From positions 434,001-498,000 of the forward strand of contig JASVEC010000017.1 of NCBI GenBank assembly GCA_030770535.1: a stretch of 64,000 nucleotides of DNA. Reading direction: 5' to 3'. Below are positions 52,371 through 64,000 of this stretch, piece after piece. Each line of letters opens with the position of its first letter. Position 1 is the first letter of the stretch. The notes beneath the pieces were generated by a model. The model was not told where the DNA came from. It searched no databases and worked only from the letters and a program-made list of their open reading frames with translations. The translations under genes and the position numbers were made by a program. The DNA is from Batkoa obscura (Eukaryota).

Positions 52371-54005
52371 TTATTTTAAATTTTCTCGTGGAACTAAAGG
52401 CCCGCGATTTTTTAAAGGGATATGCTTTAAACAAAGAGCAGCTATAAAGGAAACAGAAAAGAAAGCAATTCCAGTTGAAAACATAGAGTGGAAACCATCA
52501 ACATAAGATTGAACTACTATGGCTCTAAGCTCTGGTGTCAAAGTTTGAATATAAGTCGATGATTGAAGCAAAGCTCTAATATTGACAGCTGGTGCATTTT
52601 TAGCTAAGGAGGAAGTTAACACGTTTTGATATACAGCTCCTAATACTGCAATTCCTATTACTCCGCCTAAAGATTGTGAAAAACTAGCCATTGATGTTAC
52701 GATAGCTGCATCTTTCATATCAACAGCTGCTTGCGATGCAATTGTATTCACTTGAATACAAAGTCCTATGCCTAATCCAATAAATAAAGAAAAGATAATC
52801 AATTCTGCCCTTAAGATATCAACTCTCATTAAAGATCCCATGAGAGCGGTCCCAATAACACCAATGCCAGCACCAGCTATAGAAAGAGGGCGATAGATAC
52901 CGGTTTTAGCAATAAAAATACCAGAACCCATTGAGCAGAAGACTACTCCTAACATGGTAGCCAAAAGTTCTAAGCCTGAGTTAATAGATGATTCCTCATG
53001 TACAATTTGATAATATAATGGTAGATAAGTAACAGTTGAAAAAAGCATACACCCATTAAAAAAGGCTGTAAAATCTGCAGATATAACATTACAAACTAGC
53101 ACATGCCTTGGTATGATTGGCTCTTTGGATACTTTCCATTGGAAGAAAATAAAAAGAAGTAAGAAAGCAACACCTAAACAGAGCGAAACAATAACTGCTG
53201 CAGAATTCCAGGGATATTGTTGTCCACCCCAATTTAAGCCTAATACTATAAGTGAAGTAAAGATGAGTAAAGTAACTGAACCTAAATAATCGACTCTGGC
53301 TAATTTTTCTTTCATGTTTTCTTTAGAACTAGGCAAATGAAGAAAAAAGCCTATAACGAGCATAGCTAGTAGACAAATTGGAATATTAATATAAAAACAC
53401 CACCTCCAACTAGCTTTTTCAGTAAGGGCACCACCTACCAATGGACCAACAACTGAAGCAACAGCAAAATTAGCCCCAACCATACCCATATATAGCCCTC
53501 TTTTTCCTAATGAAACAATATCGGATATAATAATAACTGAAAGGGAAATAAGACCGCCACCGCCAATACCAGCAATAGCTCGACAAATAATCAACATTTC
53601 AATTGTTTGTGCAGCACCACATAATACTGAGCCAATTAAAAAGATACCAAGTGCAAATAGCATAATGGGACGTCTACCAAAAATGTCCGAGAATTTACCG
53701 TATAATGGTTGGAAAGCGGTAGAAGATAATAGATAAGAAGTAGCAACCCAAGTTACTTGATCAAAAGCATTAAAATCAGAAGTAATATTTGCTAGAGAAG
53801 TGGCAATAATAGTAGTATCTAGGGCTGCTACAAATATCGACAAAACTAAGCCTAGCATAATTAAAAGGAATCTTGTTTTTGATACTTCAACTTTTGGTTG
53901 ATCGAGCTTGGAAGGATTTATTGAAGCTTGGCTTTCTAATTGTTTTTCACTGTTATAGACGCTAAAAGCATCATCGATTTGAGTATCTGTAGAGGACATT
54001 TCCAT
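52371..54005 (-). CDS. MFS drug:H+ antiporter, DHA2 (14-TMS)
   Basis: ALDTTIIAT, WVATSYLL, PLYGKFSDIFGRR, GPLVGG, WRWCFYINIP. Confidence 0.93.
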   Translation of the reverse strand: MEMSSTDTQIDDAFSVYNSEKQLESQASINPSKLDQPKVEVSKTRFLLIMLGLVLSIFVAALDTTIIATSLANITSDFNAFDQVTWVATSYLLSSTAFQPLYGKFSDIFGRRPIMLFALGIFLIGSVLCGAAQTIEMLIICRAIAGIGGGGLISLSVIIISDIVSLGKRGLYMGMVGANFAVASVVGPLVGGALTEKASWRWCFYINIPICLLAMLVIGFFLHLPSSKENMKEKLARVDYLGSVTLLIFTSLIVLGLNWGGQQYPWNSAAVIVSLCLGVAFLLLFIFFQWKVSKEPIIPRHVLVCNVISADFTAFFNGCMLFSTVTYLPLYYQIVHEESSINSGLELLATMLGVVFCSMGSGIFIAKTGIYRPLSIAGAGIGVIGTALMGSLMRVDILRAELIIFSLFIGLGIGLCIQVNTIASQAAVDMKDAAIVTSMASFSQSLGGVIGIAVLGAVYQNVLTSSLAKNAPAVNIRALLQSSTYIQTLTPELRAIVVQSYVDGFHSMFSTGIAFFSVSFIAALCLKHIPLKNRGPLVPRENLK

Positions 54006-55195
54006 GCTTAGAACAATATTTAGTTAGTCAAATTAAGAACTAAATTCATTGTCTTTATATACTTTTTATGATTACAATTAGACTAATTAATTTCTCATAC
54101 TATTAGAAATTATTGCATGTTTGAATTTATCCCCAATAAGTTGTCACACTAGATTTGATTTACCTAAGTTGGGAATTTCTATTAGTAATCTAGCTTTTAC
54201 CTTCAATTTATTAGCTCCGATCGTTTTATTAATAATTCATACTATATATTTATTGTACAAATGAATCTAGTAAGATAGCTTCTTTAGTTTAAAAAAAATT
54301 CAATATTAAGATTTTAACATACAATAATTTTTTATACAAATCTGATATAAACTATACAATTAACATTAAAATACTGACATATGTTTAAATATAATGTAGT
54401 CAAAAAATACTATGTGAATATTTTTTAAATTGTGCAATGCTAGAAATCATCTAAGCACATTTTTAAAAAATATTAAAAAAATAAGCCGAAGGTCCGATTT
54501 TAGATAAAACTTCATTATAGTGTTTAAATCATTCGCTAGTATTACACAATTTTAGAAATATTCATGGCTAACTGAAGATAAATTAATGAGCTCTGTCATA
54601 AATGGGGCATAAATATTTTTGATGTTGATTTGTGATATTGTTTTCTTTGTATTAAATATTGTATCAAACCCTATATTAAGATCCTATACATTATAGCTTT
54701 TTTTGAGCTTTTTTTGAGCTTTTTTTAAAAGTCCGATTTAATAAAATTAGCCAGATAGTATTCAATATATCTAATATGCCTATATAAAGGCTATCATTTC
54801 TCTATGGTTTTGTTTAATAAACTATTTTTCATAAAAGTATGACAGCTTTAAAGTAAATTTAGTTTAATACCAGACATTAATATAAAATTATAACGATATC
54901 TGGCTATAAAAATATCATAAAGTTTGAATCTAGGTTTATGAAATTAAATTAAGAGATTGAGTAAATTAGTATTAAAATTAGTATTTAATATAAAATCTTT
55001 AATCCAATATAAAATAGTTAAATTAGAAAACGATTCTAATTGTTGATAGCATTTAACAAATTGTGTAAAAAAGCTAAATATTAGCTAAGCTTCATAGCAT
55101 ATTGATTTTGACAACCTATTTGAAATATGATTATTTGAATATTTATTAGTGAACTATGTCTCTTTTTATCTAATATTTGATTTAATTTAGCATAT

Positions 55196-55294
55196 GGGGG
55201 TGTTTTTTTTGACTTCATCACATTTTCCATTTTTTAAGCGCTGTTTGAGTGGAAAGACTATTAGTAAAATTCTTAAACAAAAAAGTACATCCAC
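55196..55294. mobile_element. MITE-A
   Basis: GGGGGTG..CATCCAC, flanks ATAT/ACAT. Confidence 0.8.
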
Positions 55295-55709
55295 ACATAA
55301 TATTTTAATTTGTAACTACTGTTACTACTATTAAAAAAAATTCATGTACTATAATAAATAATAGTATACTTTTATATTATACTACTTTATTATTTAAAAC
55401 AAAATTGAATTTCAAAAAATCACACTTAAAATGTAGTTTATTTTAAAAATAAATTATAAGTTTGAGTATTGAAATATTAAACATTTACAAAAACTATCTT
55501 AAAATAATCATTTTGGATTATTGTGTAAATATTACTATGTATACATATTAAAGAAAATTATCATATATCTAAATATTATCTTTTATGCTAAAACTTTTTT
55601 ATCTAAATTATTCTGATTACAAGGAACACTACAGAAACAATACTTGAATAAACTAATTTATAACATTTTTAATAATAAACTTCATGCGAATATGTCACTA
55701 TATACATAT

Positions 55710-55807
55710 GGGGATGTATTTTTATGTTTGAGAATTTTACTAACAATTTTTCCACTTAAATAGCGCTTAAAAGATAGAAAAGATAATGAAACCAAAAAAA
55801 CATCCTC
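55710..55807. mobile_element. MITE-A
   Basis: GGGGATG..CATCCTC, TSD ATAT. Confidence 0.85.
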
Positions 55808-56653
55808 ATATTTATATTAAAAACTCTACATAAGTTGAAGCATTAGAGTTTCTTAATTAAATTTTTCTATCTACATTTTTACAACAAAGCGTAAAGTGTT
55901 TACATTAACTTTATACCAATTTTATCAAAAAACTTTTGTTTTTGATATACAAAAAAATGATAAAATTTAACTCTGTTCTAACTTTAATTTAATCTTTCAA
56001 TAACAATGTTGATTCATTATACAGTTTTCATTAATACATTGCTACATATTGTTTCTATAATTTTTAATAAATATGTACCAAATTGAAAAGCTTTATTTAG
56101 ATTAATAAACACCAATACAAACACATACTTTTTATATATACAAAATATTTATTTTTATTTGGTTAAAAAATTGTTCTTTTTAAAAATATACGTTAGGGCA
56201 GCATTTATTAAATTAAATTAAATTAAAAGATAAACATAGTTTAAGAGAAAAACTTACTGGAATTAAACAAAGTATTTAGGCTAGAGGCGATTTTAGTAAG
56301 GAATTCTCATCCTTGCTTATATCCCTTTTATTAAAAATGCTTTTTATTCAAAACATTCATATTTAAAGTGGAATAAAAAACAAAGCAGAATGATGAGAAA
56401 AATATAAAGGCGAAATATAAAGATAAAATATAAAGAAACAATAAACTGGCTTTATTAAAATTAACTGGTTTTGCTATTTTATTGCCATCCACTCAGTTAA
56501 GCTATCAGCTTGTTTGCAACATTTGCAAACTAAATTAAAAAGTACAAAAATTATAAAAATGGTAAAAATTTAAAAGAATTAATAAATTAAAAGGGTTATG
56601 TAATAACATAATAAATTAAGCTAAAAGAAACAAAAAGGATTTACTTTTCTTTT

Positions 56654-57529
56654 ATGAGGCTAATAAAGATAATCGCAAGTGCTTTAGCTACCAGATGTTT
56701 AAATGAATTAAATCAGGTTGGCCTAAGAGGATACGCAAAAGTTAAGCCAAGTCTTAAAACAATCCAGCAAAGTCTAACTGATAATCCAAACACATCAGAT
56801 GGTAGAATAGTAGGAGGAGTAAAAGCAAACAAAAGTGAATTTCCATGGCTAGTGTCAATTGGAAATCAATATAGCGGACATATGTGTGGCGGTACTTTGA
56901 TCCATGAGAAAGTAGTCTTAACAGCAGCACATTGTATATCGGATAAGTATGAAACGGAAGATTTGTATATTGGGTATGGAAAAAATGATTTGGATGGGGT
57001 CGGTGGAGAAGAATATAAAGTTTCGAAAACAATTAAACATGGGAATTATAGCGAAAAGGGAATTGAATTATTAGATGATATTGGTATTTATATATTAAAA
57101 GAAGAAGTTAAAGGTGGGAAAATTGTACCAAAAATTAGGGATATTGAAGAGAATTATAAAGATGAATCTTTTATTGTTGCTGGTTGGGGACATACTGAGT
57201 TTGAAGGTCAAATGTCAAATTCTTTGTTAAAGGTTAGTCTTAAAATCATTGATACGAAAACATGTAAAAAAACATGGTCTTCTTTAGATGAGAGATTCTC
57301 AATATGCGCTGGTACTAAAGAAGGAGGAAAAGATGCGTGCCAAGGAGATTCTGGTGGTCCCTTAATGAAGTCAGACGAAGATGGTCAATATTCAATTGTA
57401 GGTGTTGTTTCTAATGGGATAAAGTGCGCAGAACCTGGTGTTCCTGGTACTTATGCTAAAGTCAGAAGCTACCTTCCATGGATTCAAAAAGCTATGAAAA
57501 AAGAAAATTTGGAGTTGCAATTAAAATAA
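56654..57529 (+). CDS. Trypsin-like serine protease (S1A) prepro-enzyme
   Basis: R-IVGG activation site, LTAAHC, DDIG, DACQGDSGGP (Asp in the S1 pocket). Confidence 0.95.
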   Translation: MRLIKIIASALATRCLNELNQVGLRGYAKVKPSLKTIQQSLTDNPNTSDGRIVGGVKANKSEFPWLVSIGNQYSGHMCGGTLIHEKVVLTAAHCISDKYETEDLYIGYGKNDLDGVGGEEYKVSKTIKHGNYSEKGIELLDDIGIYILKEEVKGGKIVPKIRDIEENYKDESFIVAGWGHTEFEGQMSNSLLKVSLKIIDTKTCKKTWSSLDERFSICAGTKEGGKDACQGDSGGPLMKSDEDGQYSIVGVVSNGIKCAEPGVPGTYAKVRSYLPWIQKAMKKENLELQLK

Positions 57530-59425
57530 ATAATTATTAATACTAATTTTAGTGCTGGGTTTTTAAGCGCTTATACTTGCCTTACAACTTTGTAAACTTG
57601 TATTAAAGCAGATTTAAGTAGATTTAATACTATTTTTGAAGTGCAAGGACATTTTGGTATAAATAGCTTTAAGAATAGAACTTATAAAGCAATTATTAAA
57701 ACTACATAAAACTTGGTAAAAATGTTTATTGAGACATTCAGCTGTTTGTATACTTTTTAAGATGATATTCAAACTCAAACATAGTGGATTAAGTTTACAA
57801 AGTACTAAATATAATATACATTGAATAGTTTATATCATTCTATCGATACTATTTAATAAATCTCATAAAAGCTTAGGTTCAATATTAATATGTTTTATTC
57901 ATTTATCATTATCTTAGCATAAAGCGAATTTTATTCTCAACCATCTAATAGGTTATAATACTAGTAAAGTAATGAAAAATAAAAATGAAGTTAAAATATG
58001 TAAATTTTCTATACAATTCTCAACTATGTTAATTATTTTGGCTAAATTAATCAAAGATGTTTCAGGAAACGTTTACATAATTTTTATAAACAGTGAATAT
58101 TTACTATCAACTCGGCATAACATAGCTTTTATTCTCAAATTGATTAGTATCAGTTATACTATTAGTATTATTAACTATTATATTAATAAATGGTAAATAA
58201 AATGATTTCAAATGTACGAGTTTTTTATACTATTCTCAACCAATGGCTTATAATGTATAACTAATACCTTTTATACAATTTAATAAACATTACATAGCAT
58301 AGTTTTAGTCATTATTCTTCAAACAAACAATAACAAATGAAATAATGATCGTAGATTATTTTTTAATATGAAAGTACCATTAAAACTTTTTTTCATCATC
58401 ATAAGCTTAATTTTAAATATACAAAGCTGTATGAATTAAAGTTTATTATCATTATTTAAGTTTTATTACTAGTATACAAGTTTACAATGATATTTCATTT
58501 TTTAGTATCTGGGGTAATTAATAAAAAAAAACGTTAAATTAATAAAAAAAGAGCTAGAATGTAGCAATTTACGATCTCCTATAAATAGTAATAATAAATT
58601 AAAAAATAAAACTACATTAAAATATATTCACTTAGTCACTTTAAAATTTATTTTATCATTATATTTTAATTAAATCTTTAAATTAAAAAAAAAGTTATCA
58701 TTATACGAATAACAATTTTATCAACCATTACTCTTATGAGTCCTTATTTTATTATTTATTTATTTTATATTTAGTACGACTTAAGTTGAAGTTAAATTTG
58801 TTTTTTTAAATCCCTACTTTCCTTTCTTGTATTATTCTCCTGAAAAATGATCTCAATTAGTGGTTCTTAGTTCTACCTGCTAATGAGGCTTTCAAATAAG
58901 GTCTAACTTGATTTAATACAAATTATTTACTAATACAGTTGGTTTTACCTCCATAAACTATTATTTTAAGCAATGGCTTATCTCATTTCTTTGAAACAAA
59001 ACTATAATGCGTCACCATAAGGTAAATTGATTTAACTTTTTTACACACTTTTTATTGCAAGTCTTTTTTAGCTTTCTTATTTCTATCCAATGTATGAACC
59101 ACAATTTTATTCTCTTTATCGTTTTCAGTCAAAAGGGATTGAATTTAGCTTCTACTCTTTATCTACACCAATAAACGTACAGGATTTGAAGGCATAATTT
59201 TATAAATTTAGATTTTCAAAGAATTGTAGACTTGAAAGTTGAAAAAGCTAAGGGGTAATTATCATGCACTTGAAGTTAAAAGGTGTAGGATAACTTGCAT
59301 AACTTCAACCACAATTTCAAAATTAATAGCTATTTTAAACTTAAGCCACTATAAAATACTATAAATTGCTCAAGTCCAGACAATTTTTGTTTTTATTTTT
59401 TAAAACTAATTTTTGTCTGAAAATA

Positions 59426-60262
59426 ATGTCACTCCATAACACAGAGTTAGGTTTAAACTCACCTGCTGAACCAGCTACTAATAATTACTTGAAATTGCCT
59501 ATTGTTTCTAATGGCCTATTACCACCAAACTCCCCTATTTCCAATACTCCTCCATACTCTTCGCCTTATCATACAAAATTACCTTCTTTAAAGGATATTG
59601 TTGGGTCAACAATCCCTAGTGGAGTACCACAACGTAGACGCGGTTCTGTATCTGAATATTATTTAAACACTCCAATAAGTTTAGCTAAGAGCTCACCAGT
59701 ATCTCCTAAATCGGGTCAAAATTCTATATCGATTCCATCTACGTTTAAACCCTACAATTCATTAATGAATGAATCTTTAAATAAAAATCTTTTAACTCAA
59801 CGAGGAGGAAGAAGGAACCGTAGTTTTTCGGTGGTAGAAACGACTATGTTTAATCCATTTCATGATAACTCTCACTTATTAAAAACTAGCTCTCCTAATT
59901 TTGAGTCTAGCTCAAATTTAACAAGTTTAAATCAAAGCCATATTCAACTTAGCTTGTTAAATGGTCATTATCAAAAGGCTGTAAATCAAAATTTAATTCA
60001 ATCGTGTCATGATCCTAATGATCGATTTAATTGTGTGGAATGTAAAGCTTCCTTTTCGCGTAAAAATTCCCTTAAAAGACATCTATTCACCCATACTTCC
60101 CAACGCCCTTATGTTTGCCATGCTTGTAATAAAAGCTTTTATAGAGCGGATATTTATAACCGCCACCTAAAATCCAAAAGATGTCAAAGGTCAAGAGAAA
60201 TCGCTAATATCATTATGAGGGACAATCTGATTTATTCGCCTACTACTATAATTGAAGAATAA
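59426..60262 (+). CDS. C2H2 zinc-finger transcription factor
   Basis: Two C-terminal fingers (CVECKASFSRKNSLKRHLFTH, CHACNKSFYRADIYNRH) with an HTSQRPY linker; S/P-rich N-terminus with RRGS. Confidence 0.88.
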   Translation: MSLHNTELGLNSPAEPATNNYLKLPIVSNGLLPPNSPISNTPPYSSPYHTKLPSLKDIVGSTIPSGVPQRRRGSVSEYYLNTPISLAKSSPVSPKSGQNSISIPSTFKPYNSLMNESLNKNLLTQRGGRRNRSFSVVETTMFNPFHDNSHLLKTSSPNFESSSNLTSLNQSHIQLSLLNGHYQKAVNQNLIQSCHDPNDRFNCVECKASFSRKNSLKRHLFTHTSQRPYVCHACNKSFYRADIYNRHLKSKRCQRSREIANIIMRDNLIYSPTTIIEE

Positions 60263-60363
60263 TCAGATTAGATTTGACTGTATTTTTATTATGTACTGCA
60301 TTTAAATTATTGCATTTTTTTTATAAAAAATAAAATTTTGTATAGTATTCAACTTTAATACTT

Positions 60364-60460
60364 GGGAGTGTTTTTCTTGGTTCATCAATTTCTCTATTTT
60401 TTAAGCACTATTTAAGTGGAAAGACTATCAATAAAATTCTTAAACAAAAAATACATTCTG
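60364..60460. mobile_element. Diverged MITE-A
   Basis: GGGAGTG...ATTCTTAAACAAAAAATACATTC. Confidence 0.75.
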
Positions 60461-63304
60461 ATTTGTATTTTACTTCTAATAGTATTCTATCGTTATTCTA
60501 AAAGCTTTATAATTTTCGTTTTTAGGGTAATATTAAATACAGCTAATCTCTTTCTTTATGAAAATGTTTTAAATGAGATGTATCAAAACGTTTAGAGCTT
60601 GCGTACCTAAACAGTGTTTATTAAAGTCAGTAAAGGGAACTAACTGCGGTTAAAAGAAAATAAGATAGGAGTTAACGTGTGTTGTAGAGAGATCGAAAGT
60701 TCCTTCTAAGATGTATGGTTCATTCGTGCTATTTAAGTTTGAATGAGGAAAGGAAAATTCTTTAGCCAAAAAGAATTTACATTCAGAAAGACAGACCTGA
60801 ATAGGAGTGGGACCAGACGCGAAACCAAAAATAAATCTTTAGTATTGTCAAAGAAATACACATATAGTACGTCACTCCAAATTGATTTTACCTGTCACAC
60901 TTCATTTTATCATGTATCGTCACTGTTATGTCTGTTTTAAAAAAGCAATAGAGTTTTAGCGCAGGTTTCAATACAATAAATTGGGCGCAACAGGGTAATA
61001 AAGTAAATAGGGGGAATTCAAAACTAGAGTGATATAAAACGAGGTGCGGATTTTCTCAAATAAAAATTGATTAACTTTAATATATTTTTATTTATTATGA
61101 TGGAATGATTTTATGACCTAAATTAATAGCTAAAGATTACAAATTTAAATGAAATTTATTTTTACTCGGTGTTTTGGAGCAATCAGATTGATTTAATGGG
61201 GATGTGTGTTATTAGCTTTCAAGAATAAAATATAGTCATCAAAATAATATTCTTTAGATTAAAATCAAATTTTTAAAAACAGATATTAATATATATCATT
61301 AATAAGTAAACTACTATGTGTAATATAAATCCACTATTTTAAAAAATTAAAAGTCAAAAACTAAATTTGTTTTAAAAAATCATCAAAAAAGTAGGAATCG
61401 GATTTAAATCCGAGATGTTAGCACTATAAGCAAATGTTAATAAAAGATCGATCTTATTTGAATCATAATAAATTAACCTTAGCTTACCATTAATTTAATA
61501 AAGAAGAAACTTCAACCTCATTTTTAAAACTACATAAACAACAATGAGGCCTTATTATTAAACAAAAGCTCTCTAAAATAAGAAGTTTGCTATATCGAAC
61601 CTTTCCAGAACAATTATGGGCATTTATATTAAGTTTAGCTTTTTTTACAAAATCAAAACCAATCATAGTTGCTGTCATCTAGTTAAATATTCTAGCTTAC
61701 CCTCTATTTATTACAACTAAAAAATCATGGTGAGGTTATATTTTTGACTACACACACTATATTGTAATTATTCAACTTTTATGAATTGCGGTAAACTGTT
61801 TTAAAAATTATTATTTGGACTAAATTTGATAAAAACTTAATTCTACAAATTCGTGATCTTTAAAAAATTTAAATTTGAATGTTGCTATTAAATAATTTTT
61901 TATTAATAATAGTCTACATGTATTAAAGAACTGTATTCACTTTATAAACTCAGAATTGGACCGAATTATTTTTGTAGAATTTAATAAAGTACATCTGAGC
62001 GGATGGATAGCATAGCATATCAGAGAATCTACCCAGAGTCTTAAAACACTTTGTAAATTTGTAAAAAGCTAATAATTTTATAGTTCCCCAGCTTATAATG
62101 ATAGTCCATTCACTTATATTATGTAATATATTAATCTAAATTAGCTAAAAACTTTGTTTTTATAAAGGCCTATCTCCAAAGGAGGAAAATAGTCTTGCTG
62201 AAGGTTTTTTTGGTCCGATCATTCCTTCAACTGCTGATAACTTAATGTTTTCTAACTGTTGTTTGCTATTTTTAAACGGTATGTATCCAATACTTTGAAC
62301 TAATAAACGCTCTTTAGGTAAGTATTTTCCAAGTATTTTCCAAGTATTTTCCGAGTATTTTCTTGAAGTAGGAAATTTGAAATTTAATCTCTCCTCTTAA
62401 AAATACGAATTCAATTAACACTTAAATATCACAATTTAATACTTAACATTCTTTAAAATGGTTGAACCTAACTAAAATATTACAGAGCGCATAGCTTTTT
62501 TTAAACCATATTCCTAACAGTATGGAAAAGGAATTGAAAATGGTTCCTCTAGGACTCGCTTGATCCATACTAAATCCCTTATCTATTAGGCCGCGATCCT
62601 TCTTTATGCTAGTATGTTGAGTAAGGTTTCTTTAAATCGTAAAATTATGAATAGTATATTGTAGCTATGTGACTTTGTATACCCAATAGTAAATCTCAAA
62701 GTAATAGCCTTTAAGCCAATATAGATTAGTAATTGCCTCTTTAAGTATTTTTTACCATATAAAGATTATAGTTATTCATTAACTTTGAAACTCATTTTAT
62801 GTACTTTATTAATTGAAACAAGATGTGGTTTATTCATTCGGCCATCATTACTTTCGTTTTTGGAACTTTATATTAATGCTCTAAAAGGATCCTCAATCCA
62901 TTAAGATAATCATGGTTTTTACCATTACTGAATTTTTTCCCGATTGATATATTGTGTGCCTTCAAGTCAATAAGTATAGGTTAACTATTATGTATTTAGA
63001 TTTTATAGTTGATACATTAGAATATTAAAGCTGTGCATTTTCTAATATAAAAATATTCATAGATGGTAGATAATCGGAGGTCTATGCTGTTGCTCAAGTT
63101 AATGCTAGTTTAAAAATAGGTTGGCATATTTTTTAATTAAATTTGATACAATAAGGCTTTATTATGATTCAGATTTTATTTTTGTAGTATTATCAGTAAA
63201 CAGATTGTACTTAAAAAGTATAAGAAACATGTAATCCATTATAAAGAGTAGACTTTTTATACTAAAGCAAACGAAAGAAAGGGTAATATCAAACAGACTA
63301 ATGT

Positions 63305-64000
63305 TTAAAACCCTTTCGAATACAAAAAATTAGAAATCCTCAAATAAAACTCAATAGTATCTAAGTTTGGACTAGGGTTTAAAAACAAAGACTTAGGCAA
63401 AGGAAGTTTTGGATTATGATGATATCTCGGATCCTGGAAGCCCAAAAGTGATAAAAAAGCATAAATCCAACGATATCTTGATACCAAGTCAAAGTGGCTA
63501 GCTTCCACTGTTTCTACATGCTCACCCCATACTGAAGAGTTGAGTGCCACTATACCATCATTCTTTCCAGCTCTTTCTTTGATAATACTCCATGGTAAAT
63601 ACAGTAAAGCGAGTTTATTCATTTTTTCAATATAAGCGTTGTATGAAAAGTATTTCACATCATCACAGTTCGGGGTATTAGGATTAAAAACGTTTTTACA
63701 GTAATCAGTAGTTAAATGATAGTAAGCGGGGGCATCCAGGTTAACTAGTAGTTTACTAAGTAAAGGTCGGTTTGTATTTATGTCCGTATAAATTGGATTT
63801 TCATTCTCTTTCTTCTTTCTCCCTAAATTTAAGTTTTCTTGACACCAATCCATAAATTGAGATCCATAATGTGGGGTAGATATTGTGCTCAAACTCAATA
63901 CCTTATATTTTTTGTCCTTTACTTTACTTATCAAATATCTACCATCTAAGCCACCCATACTGTGCCCAATAATATTAACTTCCCTATCCGACACTACTCT
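63305..64000 (-). CDS. TGL2-like lipase paralog, 5' end outside the window
   Basis: GHSMGGLDGRYL, STPHYGS, LDAPAY, NDGIV, ASHFDL; colinear with 27377-28192. Confidence 0.9.
   Translation of the reverse strand, partial: RVVSDREVNIIGHSMGGLDGRYLISKVKDKKYKVLSLSTISTPHYGSQFMDWCQENLNLGRKKKENENPIYTDINTNRPLLSKLLVNLDAPAYYHLTTDYCKNVFNPNTPNCDDVKYFSYNAYIEKMNKLALLYLPWSIIKERAGKNDGIVALNSSVWGEHVETVEASHFDLVSRYRWIYAFLSLLGFQDPRYHHNPKLPLPKSLFLNPSPNLDTIEFYLRISNFLYSKGF

Noticed and set aside
1579..60460. Recurring ~98-bp repeat as a CRISPR array, SINE or regulatory motif
   Set aside because: It is dispersed, in both orientations, with TIRs, TSDs and empty sites; there are no regular spacers, tRNA-like boxes or poly-A tail
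60590..61060. GC-richer tract as an ncRNA gene
   Set aside because: No recognisable tRNA, snRNA, SRP or RNase P motifs by eye
61398..61413. 16-bp perfect palindrome TCGGATTTAAATCCGA
   Set aside because: Single occurrence; plausible by chance in 64 kb of AT-rich DNA

Overview
This is very AT-rich eukaryotic DNA with short GT-AG introns, most consistent with an early-diverging fungus (Conidiobolus/Entomophthoromycotina-like; this is inference only). It contains about 16 recognisable genes: PARP, a CENP-B/pogo-derived HTH protein, PMC1-type Ca2+ ATPase, an LRR protein, S28 peptidase, PTC7, a CLD1-like hydrolase, two TGL2-like lipases, ceramide synthase, eIF2B-delta, an FLX1-like carrier, a 15-repeat Cys-rich secreted protein, a DHA2 MFS transporter, trypsin and a C2H2 transcription factor. 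There is also a decayed long-chain acyl-CoA synthetase. The intergenic DNA is dominated by three repeat families: (A) a ~98-bp MITE in at least 22 copies with GGGG..CCCC ends and a 4-bp ATAT-type TSD; (B) a 467-bp TGTGAAA..TTTCACA solo-LTR-like element with 4-bp TSD; (C) a ~1.2-kb element present as two apparently identical inverted copies bracketing three housekeeping genes. The two strongest leads are (1) a probable autonomous partner of the MITE at the left window edge, with a matching terminus at 1183 and an ORF of at least 183 codons missing from the ORF track, and (2) the Cys-rich repeat protein with Tyr-rich terminal repeats. All comparisons were made by eye, and no database searches were run.
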